Positions 27,701-39,700 of a stretch of DNA of 64,000 bases are shown here, piece by piece; the stretch's first letter is position 1; each line of letters opens with the position of its first letter. The DNA is from Lingula anatina (lineage: Eukaryota > Animalia > Brachiopoda). Below the pieces are notes generated by a model that did not search any database, had not been told where the DNA came from, and worked only from the letters and a program-made list of their open reading frames with translations. Made by a program: the position numbers and the translations under genes. The stretch covers positions 2,046,001-2,110,000 of the forward strand of contig CM120642.1 in assembly GCA_051362555.1 (NCBI GenBank), written 5' to 3'.

Positions 27701-30700
27701 CAGATGTGTATTTGTTGTTGAAAAAAAAAAAAAAAAAAACGCTATGGCTCTCCAGGATATCTGAGGCAGTTTTACTGATATGTACATTTATAAAAAATGT
27801 GTCTTATCTAAACTGTGAATGGTCTGTACATCAAATTCAAAAGTTTAAAATTAAGAAAACAAGCTTTTTGGTGGTCAGAATTTGATATTAAGACCACAAA
27901 ACATGACTTGTCAGGGATTACATATCTTGTAGACCTTCAACCCATTCCCATACCTAGAACAATCTAGCAGGATCAGTCCATCTCTGAGGGGATTCTTGTT
28001 GAATTGCTTTAAGCACCTTAGATGTCTGGCACACCTACTGTAGCTGCTAAGCAATAGTTAATTACTCCCTTACAGCTTCAGTAGGCATGCCAGACATCAG
28101 AGGTGCTTAAGCTTGAAACAATTTAGCGAGAATCCCCTCAGAGATGGACCGATCCTGCTAGATTGATCTAGGTTTTGGAATGGGATCCTTAAGCTGGCTG
28201 GTATTACAAAAACATTGTGGAACTTCACCAAGTGTTCTTTTCTTTTGGTTAACCAAGGCAATTGAATTGATTGATGAGCCTATTTAGTAAAGGAAACCCT
28301 CAATAAACCAACCTGCTTTAGTAACATTTACTTCACAATTGATTTGCCACCACTAAAATCATTTGCAGCTTGTGCTAAGAAAATATGAAACAGAAAACAA
28401 GATTATCTGTTTTCCTTCCTCCAGAACAAGTATGAGAAGGAATTGATCAATGACAATAAACATTTTGATAATGGTCTCAGTCTTGAAGCAAAAAAGGATA
28501 TTTGTTTTTTGTCTCAATCAAGAAGTTTTAGTATAGGGTATTTCAGAAAAGCTCCTTGGAATTACTCATTTATTGAAAAATTCAAAAAGCTGTTGGTTTG
28601 TTTTCCAGGCCTGTATAAAGTATTTAGTGATTGTTTATAGAATTGAAAGGACAATTTGTATTCCTGAAAAGAAATGACAAAACATGTCATTTTCACATAA
28701 AGGCAATACATTATTTAGTTCTTGATACAAATGTACAGATGAAGGACTGTACAAGCACCAGTTGTTTTGCAAAGAAATCATTCTGCAGTATGTACACTGC
28801 AATCAGAATAATCACAGAAGAAATATGCTAAATTAATCAGAAGGAAATTTAATCCTCAGTGTTATGGGTATTGATTGTCAAGGTGATAATACAAATTATT
28901 GATAATAAAGCTCTGACTGCAAGGTTCTAATTAGGTAGATCTGGGCATTTAACCATTATGATTTTTTGTCTGAAGTATAACTTATCTATAGTGATATGAT
29001 TGGATCAGAAATTGAAATTTGTAGGATTTTTTTAAATTACATTTAACATACTGTTCATAACAAAATGTTATCCATTATAGAAATATATTTATCTACAAAT
29101 AACAATTTTTTAGCTTGTCTTTAAATTTTTCATATAGTTATGTTTCCAAATGTAATCTATGACATAGTATCATACTGTAGACGGGTGTTTGTTCTTAATG
29201 TAGACCTTCGAGGTATTATCTACTTCAATGTTGACATTGTTATCCATATTAGAATCATTAAGGTTGCAGAATGTTCTAACTACAGCACTTTGAAATATTG
29301 TCCGTTTCAAAATATACCTTCTAATTCATTATGAATCAATAACTTTTGTAGACTGTTATTTGTTCATATTGCTGTACTGTTTATGTATTGCTAAACTCAA
29401 AGCTGAGATTGTCATCCAGTGTTTTTAAAATTTTTTTTTTAATACTGTATGTGGAATATCTGCAGAGAGAATAAGTATTTGGAATACAGCCATTTAGCAC
29501 GGGTAGTGATTTGATGAGGGAGTAAAATCAGGAATCATTTTATTGATTTTGCACAGCCACAAAGATGGATCACGCTCATTTAGGGAGATCATCCAGAAAG
29601 CTTTAATGGTCATTTCTTATTCATTGGGAATTCTAATATTGAAAGAAATGTCGTCTGTATAATAAGTCCCATAAGCCGCTGACCTTTAGAATAGCTTTTA
29701 GTTATAATTGAGAAGCCTTTGGTTTTAGAATTCACGGTACAGTTCATTGCTACATTATTCATAAGGCAGGGAGTACATCACTAATATAGGTTCATCCTGT
29801 ATCCAATTGATCCAAAGATTTTATTATATAATGGCAAAGTTACATTTTTTTTCCTCAAAGCAATTGAGATTTGAGAAAATTAATTATTTTCAAGTTCTAG
29901 CCACAGGTTTAGATGGCTGTGTTCCTCCCTGCCCAGAAAGCTAGAAACCCCAGCTTTATATTAGTGTCTCATGGTGTTTTGATGTTTATAATTTTAGGTT
30001 CTAGCCACGTTTTTAAGTGGCCTATATTCCTCGCTGCCCAGAAACCTAGAAAACCCAGCTTTATATTACTGTCTCAAACAGTTTTGATGTCTATAATTTC
30101 AGGTCCTAGCCACAGGTTTAAGTGGGCTGTGTTCCTCCCTGCCCAGAAAGCTAGAAAACCCAGCTTTATATTAGTATCTCAAACTGTTTTGATGTATATA
30201 ATTTCAGGTCCTAGCCACAGGTTTAAGTGGACTGTATTCCTCCCTGCCCAGAAAGCTGGAGATTCCCACCTCAGACTGGTATCAGCTGACGCGTGAAGAC
30301 TGGCTCCAGATACCTGACCTGGGGATGTTCCTCAACTCACTGGAGTTCTGTAATGCTGTCGCTCAGGTGACCATCAGTTTAATAATATATACAGTTATAG
30401 TTAGGACATCAATTCGATACTTAGGACTGGAGGTCAGTTCGATGAAAAAACTGACCTCATGTGACTGCCTCTTGACCGATCGGTGAGGGTCGAAATTCCT
30501 GTTCATGTAAACATGATTTAAAGATAGTGAAGTTGTTACTGGCTGTGAACCTGCTATTATGAGTAAAATATTTAAAAATGTAAATCTTTTAATTGGATAT
30601 TTAATTTAGGTGAAACTGATTAAAATGCTCTTTGATATCTTGGAGGAAGCTCCAGTTGAGGGCTTGGCCTCTCCATCTGTTGTTGTTATAATTGACTTGA

Positions 30701-33700
30701 TGATCAAGACAACGCTGTAATATTTTAGTGTGCTGTTATGGAATGGTCACTGTATTGGTTAAATTTTCTATCTTATTCAAACTGCTTTGCAATTTGTCAT
30801 GAACTGGGTAATGGAAAAAGCACTATCGTCAGAGTTAATGCATTGTGATTATTCGCAGACATTCCCACTAGCAATCTTCAGTTATTTCCCTTTGTGGCAG
30901 TACCATGTTCAAGTACATTGCTGGTGGTTTTATTGCATTTTTTATCATGAATATTTGACTTGTAAGGGTCCATTCCCAATGAAACTATTGTACTAGGTAG
31001 ATCAGTCCAACTCCATGGGGACTCACTGAATGTAATCTAATTAATTAATTGATATTGCCTTCTCAAGCAGCTAGGGGGAGATGAACATCCATGTTCCCAC
31101 AGAATTGGATCGATCTACCTAGTGCAATAGTTTCATTGGGAAGGCACCTGAAGGCAGCATTCAGAACAGAGGACTAACAAATCTGCAGATCAAATATGAC
31201 TGTCTTACTTGAATGCTTGTTATGTACAGACACAGATGTGTCTGTACATATTGCCATCACCTGCGTCTGTCGTTGCCGTCGCCGTCGCCGATGCCGGCGC
31301 CGTGCACTTTCCTTGTAAACACGATAAGTGGAGGGCAGTTTTACTTTTTGGCTTTATATTTACAGAGCTGATGAATATTCATAAAACGCAGGTCAAGTTC
31401 GAAAATCAGCAAGATCGGGCCATTATTGTATAAGTTATGCTGTTTTTTTCACTTTTCAGCGTATATGCAACCCTGTAAACACATTTTAAGGAAAACCGTT
31501 AGGCCTGTTGTCATGAAACTCATAAGAATAATCAATTTTACTAAAACACAGGTCAAGTTCGAAAATCGGCTTGATCGGGCCACTATTTGAGTAGTTATGC
31601 TGTTTTTTTCATTTTTCAGCATATATGCAATACCGTTAACACAATATAAGAAAAACAGATGGGCCAATTGTCATTAAACTCACAGGAGTGGTCAATCTTA
31701 CTAAAACGCAGGTTGAGTTCGAAAATCAGCATAATCGGGGCATTATTTTAGAAGTTATACTGTTTTTTCACATTTCCTCAGATTCAACTCTTAGGCAATG
31801 TTAACAGTCTCATTACTGAACTAATAAGATACGTAAAAATGTTTGTTTGACATTTCCTGCATCTTTACAATATTGTTAGTTGATTATGTAAAAATGATGG
31901 TAAACTTGTTATCGTGTAATGTGTAATAAAGTGTCAAAAATGGAAATAAACTCATATCATTGCAGTTTGTCAGATTCAATCATTCACTATGTTCAGAATC
32001 TCAGAATGGAGGAAATTGGACATTAAACACTATTCTATTGATATTTTTCCCATCTCATGAATTTTCTTAGTTGATCATATAAAAATTGCAGTAAACTGTT
32101 TATTTTGTTTTATGTTAAAAAAAAGTGTTAAAAATGGAAATAAACCCATGTCAGAACAGTGCTGTCTTGTTTCACATTTCCTCAGATTCATCTCTTAGGC
32201 ATGTTAACAGTCTCATTATTTAACTAATAAGACATGTAAAAGTGTTTGTTTGACATTTCCTGCATCTTTATATTATTGTTAGTTGATTATGTAAAAATGA
32301 TGGTAAACTTGTTATCGTGTATTGTGTAATAAAGTTTCAAAAATGGAAATAAACTCATATCATTGCAGTTTGTCAGATTCAATCATTTACTATGTTCAGA
32401 ATCTTAGAATGGAGGAAATTGGACATTTAACACTGTTGTATTGATATTTTTCCCATCTCATCAATTTTCTTAGTTGATCGTATAAAAATGGCAGTAACCT
32501 GTTAATTTTGTTTTATGTTAAAAAAATTGTTAAAAATGAAAAAAAAAAAAAACATTTCAGAACAGTGCTATTTTGTTTACATTTTGGCATTTTCAAGTTG
32601 TGACTTTGAAGTTCCATGGGCCTGAAGACCTTTGCTAGTCACATTTTCTGAATATCCATGATACTAATATTATATTTTTAAAAATTGATGGTCATTATGC
32701 TGTTAAACATTATGTAATATTGCATCAAATTTTGAAAAAAAAACTATTTTGGGCACTGCTCCCATGATGACCATTTAAGAAAAACCATGTCACTTACTGT
32801 TCTCAAACAGTACAGTAAATATGTACAGATGTGTTTGTACATATTGCCATCACCTGCGTCTGTCGTCGCCGTCGCTGTCGCCAGCGCCAGCGCCGTGCAC
32901 TTTCATTGTAAACACGATAAGTGGAGGGCAGTTTTACTTTTTGGCTTAATATTTACAGAGCTGATGAATATTCATAAAACGCAGGTCAAGTTCGAAAATC
33001 AGCATGATCGGGCCATTATTGTATAAGTTATGCTGTTTTTTTCACTTTTCAGCGTATATGCAACCCTATAAACACATTTTAAGGAAAACCATTAGGCCTG
33101 TTGTCATGAAACTCACAGGAATAATCAGTCTTACTAAAACACAGGGCAAGTTCGAAAATCGGCATGATCGGGCCACTATTTTAGTAGTTATGCTGTTTTT
33201 TCACATTTCCTCAGATTCAGTTCTTAGGCAATGTTAACAAAAAAACTATTTTGGCCACTGCTCCCATGATGACCATTTAAGAAAAACCATGTCACTTACT
33301 GTTCTTAAACTTACAGGAAAGAAACATGGGATTAAAATACAGCTTCAGTAGGCAATGCAGTCTGTTTGGTAATTCTTACTGCCAGTTAAACAGTTTTTTT
33401 GTGAAAATTTAATTTTTCACATATTGGCATTTCCAAGGTGTGACTTAAAAGTTGCACAGGCTTGAAGAGCCATGCTAGTCACATTTTCTGAAAATCCATG
33501 ATACGTATATTTTGTTATTAAAGATTGACGTACATCATGCTGTTAAGCATTATGTAATATGTCATCAGAATAGAAGAAAACACAATTTTGGGTGCTGCTG
33601 CCATGATGACCATTATGGGAAAATCATGTTACTTATGATTGCCATAAAAGAAATACAGGACCAAAATGCAGCCTGAGTTGGAAAAGCAGTCTAATTGGCT

Positions 33701-36700
33701 TCTTTTTCTGGAAGTTATACATTTTCAAATTGTGAACTTGTTACACATTTTACTTACATTGGTATTACCTGTTGAGCATAATTAAAATTTGATGTTGAAT
33801 TTGCAGTTTAACATAATGTACTTTTGCATCAGAATTGATAGTAGCCTAATTTGTGGATCGTTATTTCCTGTTTTTTGTCTGTACATTTGACAGCTTTGCT
33901 GCCTTGTTGCATATTCCACACAGAGGATCTGTTCAGTGTCTTATTGGGAATTAAGCAGCAAGCTTTTGAGTAGGTTGTCATATTTGATCCACAGATCAGT
34001 TAGTCTGCTGTTCTAAATGTGCCCTAAGTTTGATCATCTTGTTTCTCAGGTTGCCCACCCAATGGTTAGAGATCAGTTGCTCAGTTTTATCTACAATGGC
34101 TTCCTGGTGCCTGTCCTGGGGCCTGCATTACATCAGGTAGAGCATAGATAACAGATTATGGTATTTGAAGTGAAGTGATGAAGCGTGTGTGTTGTGTGTG
34201 TGGGGGGTGTGTGTGTGTGTGTTGTGTGTGTGGGGGGTGTGTGTGTGTTGTGTGTGTGTGTGTGTGTTTGGGGGGTGTGTGGATGTTTGTGCTTACCTGA
34301 GTATGTGTCATAGTATGGAGCATCTTTAAGTAAATTCAGAAAAATTAAAACCTTGTTTTTGGTTCAGTGACATCATCAGATGACCAAATTACAAACATTA
34401 TTTCAGAATTTTAACTCCGGTAGTTCACCAATATGCCATCTGAAAAGTAAAGATAGTGATAGAAGGCAATATAAAGCATATGGCAGTTGTAAAGAGAGTC
34501 CCTGTTGGGCGTAGACGGCTAAATCACTGGCTGATTTATTGCATTATCTGATGGTGTCAATAGAACCAGAGTCAGTCCATGGCCAAATCTTTGTCTGATA
34601 CCTGAGAAATTTGGATATTTGCCATTGAAAGATATGAAAAATATCCCATCTCCTATGTTTTTACATTCAGCACACGATATTTCTGTGTATCAACTGGTAG
34701 ACATGTTATTTGCATGCAGCACTGGGTGGTAGGTGGTATATGATGGAAAGATTGATCAGTCTTTCATGAAATGTTTGGTGATATAGACATGGAAACAGGA
34801 AGACTTGTACATGACTTGCGTGGCAGGAGATTATATGATACACTTAATTTTGAACCCTGAAATATATTTGAAAAAAAAAAAAACATATTTCATCAATCAT
34901 GAAAAGTAAATTCAATCAAGATTTGGCTATTGAAAAATATGGTAACATTTTGACAGAAAATCATTAATTTGGTGAAATTTACATAAAGTTAAAAAAACTA
35001 AGTGAAAAGCTCTCGAGTGCTTGTGTATATGCAAAGCATGTGATAAAGTGATACATTGAACAATACTTGTGATGACGTGAAGTGATAGATTGAGTGATAA
35101 ATGCAATGGCTTGTGAAGGCTTCTTTTGTTGGGCCTTTTTTCCAACATAGGTCATTAAGGTTATTATTTTCCTTTTGTCAGTACATCATGTAATATAAGC
35201 ATAAAAGACCTGTATATTGATTTGATCATTGCTGTATATCATGACTTAAATCATAGAACTAAATGGTTTCATAGTGTGACAATTAAGTCAGTTGTTGAAT
35301 GGTTCCAATATCATGCTGCTTTTCATTTATTTCCTTGATTATTCTTTACATTGATTATTGCTATGGGAAGGGAGAATAACTTGACGAAAAAAATCTATTT
35401 AGAAAATGATGAATGCTATCTCACACAGTTTTTACAGCTGGCTGGAGTAGACTTTAGTTTACAGTAAAATAAATGTTACTATATTGCAAAAGGGAATGGT
35501 GCCGGAAAAATTAATTTAATGTGCACTTTTTGCAATTGCCAGGAACAAACATTTATGTTCCTCAAAAAATTTTTTGGCTTCTGCAAACTTCAGCTGTGAA
35601 GAAATTTTGACGAATGAAAGTTTACTGTAGTGAGCTGTTACTTTAGTGCAAAATATATACAATAGATAATAATTTACAGTAGAAACCAGTATAATGATTT
35701 GCATCACTTTTTTTCACATCAAATAACATGATTAAATTCCATGATTTCTTGTTCTTTTACCACCCAAGGACATATCTGGACTGCCCATGTCCATCCTTGA
35801 AAAGCTCTTTGTGGTCAGTACCAAATGCCAACGTGTCTTCCTGCATGTGTGCCCTTCGTATTCTTCTGTTTGAGACGCATTTCCATCGAAGTTGTAACAG
35901 CTTATCTTAGCACATGTAATCTCAGCACACCTTCTTGAGATTTCTAAGTGTGCTTAGAAGGCGTGTGCGAATATGAAGCTGTCAGAGATTGGAAATGCGG
36001 CCTCCACTACCAGCTGTGTTTTGCCAGAGATCAAATTGTAATATAGTCTGTTGAATAGATCATGCAAGCTTGTTGAGTTTCTGTGACTAAAATTATTTTT
36101 TTGGACCAGAAAAGAAGTAAAATGATCCACTTTTTGTGTATGGTTCTCTTCAAAATATCTTTGGCTGAAATAGAGCCCTTTTAGATTGAGCAAAGACAAG
36201 ACAAAGTTTTTGTGCATTCGAACTTCTATTACAAATGACAAAATTTTCAGCTGCTTTCAGTTTTGGATAAAGTGTTCATCCCTGACAAGTAAACACAGCA
36301 ATAAGGCATTTCCAGGACTGGTCTAACTAAAATCACTAATTCACAAGAAAAAAATCACATTGGAAAATCCTTCTGGGGATATTCTAAAAGTTAAATGATA
36401 TGGTAAGCAATCAAGCTACCTGATGACATCACTTAGTCAATTATTGGTTTCAGTTGGATCAGTTCTGAATGCCTCTTACTATGTAACCCCCACTGTAGTT
36501 CTAGTGAGTGGCATGCATTTACATATTAACCTAGAGGGGGCTCTTCACAACTGTTTCATTTAAATGCTTTCATTACTGAAAACGAAGAAATGAAATAATT
36601 TTATCGCAGTATCTACAGTTTTGTATGGTTATAAGAAGTGATTTTGGGTTTTTTTTTGACCAACTAAAGAGACTTAAATTTATGTAACATTATAAAATAT

Positions 36701-39700
36701 TGTGAAAGGAATAATATGTATAATTGTGTAATATAGATTCTATTCAATTTTCACAAAGAAATGAACTACTGCTTTCAGCTTTTATTGCAAAAAAGTTTTC
36801 AACATTAAAAGCTTTTTCCAAGATATAATGCCATCATAGGCATTGCTACGTTATTTCTTATGCAGTGTTCCATTATCATAGTTTTTGTAGAGGAAGCTGT
36901 TAATGTTATATTAGCTTACTAAGAACCTGTCTCAGTCAATAGTCTTCCTCTTCATTAAGATTGGCATAGTTTCTTTTAACTCTTTGCTCTGTGTTCTTTA
37001 TACTTTACTCCCAAGTTTTGTTTTATATGTACCCTGTTCTCCAGTGTCTTATGCCTGATAGCCTGTTTCTATCTTGAAAATGTAACAGTGGTTTTCTGAG
37101 CTTATAAAAGAGTTTTCTGTCCTTCTACTTTGCATTATTTTCATTTACTAATTTTTGTAGGTGTGCACAGGTCTTTAAAACCCTTAGTATTAATTTAAAC
37201 TTCAAGTAAAAATAACAAACATTTCTTTTTAACAGATATTATCTTAATTTAAAGAACTTCAAATTGGATTTACTTGAGTGCCATGTACATGTACTGTTGT
37301 ATTCAGCTGGTCCTAATTTAATCATTTTGAGAAGAAATTGAAATTGAAAAGTACCATCACTCTACAGTCAATTCAATATCATTTAAAGCTCTTATTGGCC
37401 ATAACTTATGGCAGAAAAATCAGAGGTGTTTGATTTCTTTCAACTGCCTCCCTGTTGTGACATTTTTATTTCAAAAGCTGTAGCTCTCTCTTTCAGAATT
37501 CTATGGATGAGGTGATTGCTGCAACGGCATACCTGGACCTGTTCTTACGGAGAATTACAGAGCCCGCTCTGATGAGAACTTTCCTGAAGTTTATTCTGAC
37601 TGAACACCATGATGAAATCAACATTTTAGAATCTCTGATCACAAGAATTAGCAGCAACTCCAAGGTAAGGCCACAGACTGTGGTTTGTTTACAAAGTATG
37701 AGAAGATGAATATATAATAACAATGACAGTTATGATGGTAATAATCTTCATTAATTAGGGAGGGAAAAAATTTGTTTCATTTGATTATACCAATATTAAA
37801 TGTTTTAAAATAATTTTAAAGATAAAATATTTTGCCTTATCTGTCATCTAATGTTAATCTAAATACAAGAAAAAAAAATGGTTAAAAAATGTGACAATTT
37901 TCAATTGTAAAATACCATTCACATCAAAGTAGCAAGGTATTCTTGTGTCTGTTTCAGCTGTGTGTTGTGTCATTAGGGTTGTTTAAGACCCTTCTGGATC
38001 TGAACTGTGAAGATGTCATGTACCAGCTAGTTTTCAAGTAAGTCTGGAAGAAATGGATAAAATGATGAATATGTATGTGTATACCTCAACACGTAAGCAT
38101 ATTCTATGGCATTGCATTATGAATGTCTGTTATCTTTAATCCTAAATTTATAGGATTAATGGAATGCAAAGGAAAGATGAAACATTTATTTGTAGCTTAT
38201 ATTTATTCATTTGTTTTATTGCATTTTAACTATTTTTGGGGGCACATTTATATAATTTATTGAACTGATGTGGATTTGACTTGGCTCAGCAATTTGATAA
38301 TCTAAAAGCAAAAAATATAAAAAAATTTTAAAAAACTTTTAAGTGTTTTATACGTAGTATGATATATTACTGTACTTCAAAATATCAGAAATTAATTTTG
38401 GAAAAAAACACTCTTCTTAGGTACTTGGTGCCGTGCACACATGTGATGGTGAGCCAGAGGAAGGCAGTGGGGGATGTAGACTTGTACAGCAAGGCAGCAG
38501 AGAAGTTCCTGGCTCTTATACCAAATGTAGGGGGCAGGACAGGCTCCGTGAATGGTCCACAGGGGGCAGCAGCTGCAGGCACAGTTACCATGGTAGTCAC
38601 GAAGGACCTGCCTGTCTCAGGGTCAAGGTAAGATCTGATAGGCTGAGGGATACCTGTGTATTTTCACCTCCATTTTGTGCATTAAGTACGGTGGGCTGAT
38701 GAATCTTGCTCTGTACTTTGTAATATCTTCAGGGTAGAGTAAAACTGTAGTGTGTGTGAAGTTCACAAAACTGAATTGGGCTAACCTGTTTGAATGAAAC
38801 TTCTTTGTGTTATTTTAATGCTTGTATTGACGCACAAAAATGCAGGTAAAAGAACTAACCAAAACCAACATGAAACACTATTTAAAAAAAATGAGAAAAG
38901 AAGAGAACAAAAATTGTCAAATTTATCAAACTTTGTGCTAAATTTCTCAGATGGTCTGTCATAGTTTATGTTTTGATAACTTAGCAAAAATTTTTACAAA
39001 AATGGTCTTTGAAATAAATCATTTTGTTTTATTATTATTTATTTTTGTTTGGTTTAGGACATGTTTTATGGTTATCAAGCATCAAAAACTTATTTCAGCA
39101 CTTCAGTTGCATGCAACTTTGTCAATGCTTTTCACAGTGCATGCTCCTTCATTGTGTCATCTATACATTGCCTACACTGCAAAGTCTGGTCATTTGTGTT
39201 AAATAGATGTAATGCTTAACAACTGTAACTGAAATTATGTCATTGTGGTAGTCTTTTCTTCTTTTATCTGTGTCTTGAGAGAACTAAATACATTCATCAT
39301 CAGTTCATCAACATAAGTTATACTGAAGTCCTCAATAGGCAATATTTTTTAATAACATGGTTTTATTTGATTTTCTTTAAGCCATGTTATAAGGTATGGA
39401 TTTATTTATTTTAAAGTAGCAAGTTTTTAACCTGGAATAGCTAACAACACAATCATGTAGACTATATATTCAGCATGTTGCATATTAAGTTGCCTTTCCT
39501 TTCCAGTTTTCCCTCCAAACCAAAACCAAAACGCAGTAATTTTAGTTTTGGTCGTCTCTTTCGACGAACTAAACCTGCTCGTCAATTTGTGCCTGCAAGG
39601 TAACCTTTGACAGTTGCGCCATCTAGTTGGCAGAGCTTTGGTAGCTAATTGCGATTGCTTGGGGTCTTGTTGGAATCTCATTTGGTGGCCTCTCAGGGAG

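Noticed and set aside
29913-30296. 127-aa repetitive ORF
   Set aside because: It is an off-frame reading of the 105-bp splice-junction tandem repeat, with no independent gene signals.
31380-31780. CRISPR-like spaced repeats
   Set aside because: The context is eukaryotic and the 'spacers' are homologous to each other. These are internal tandem units of the Helentron-type element.
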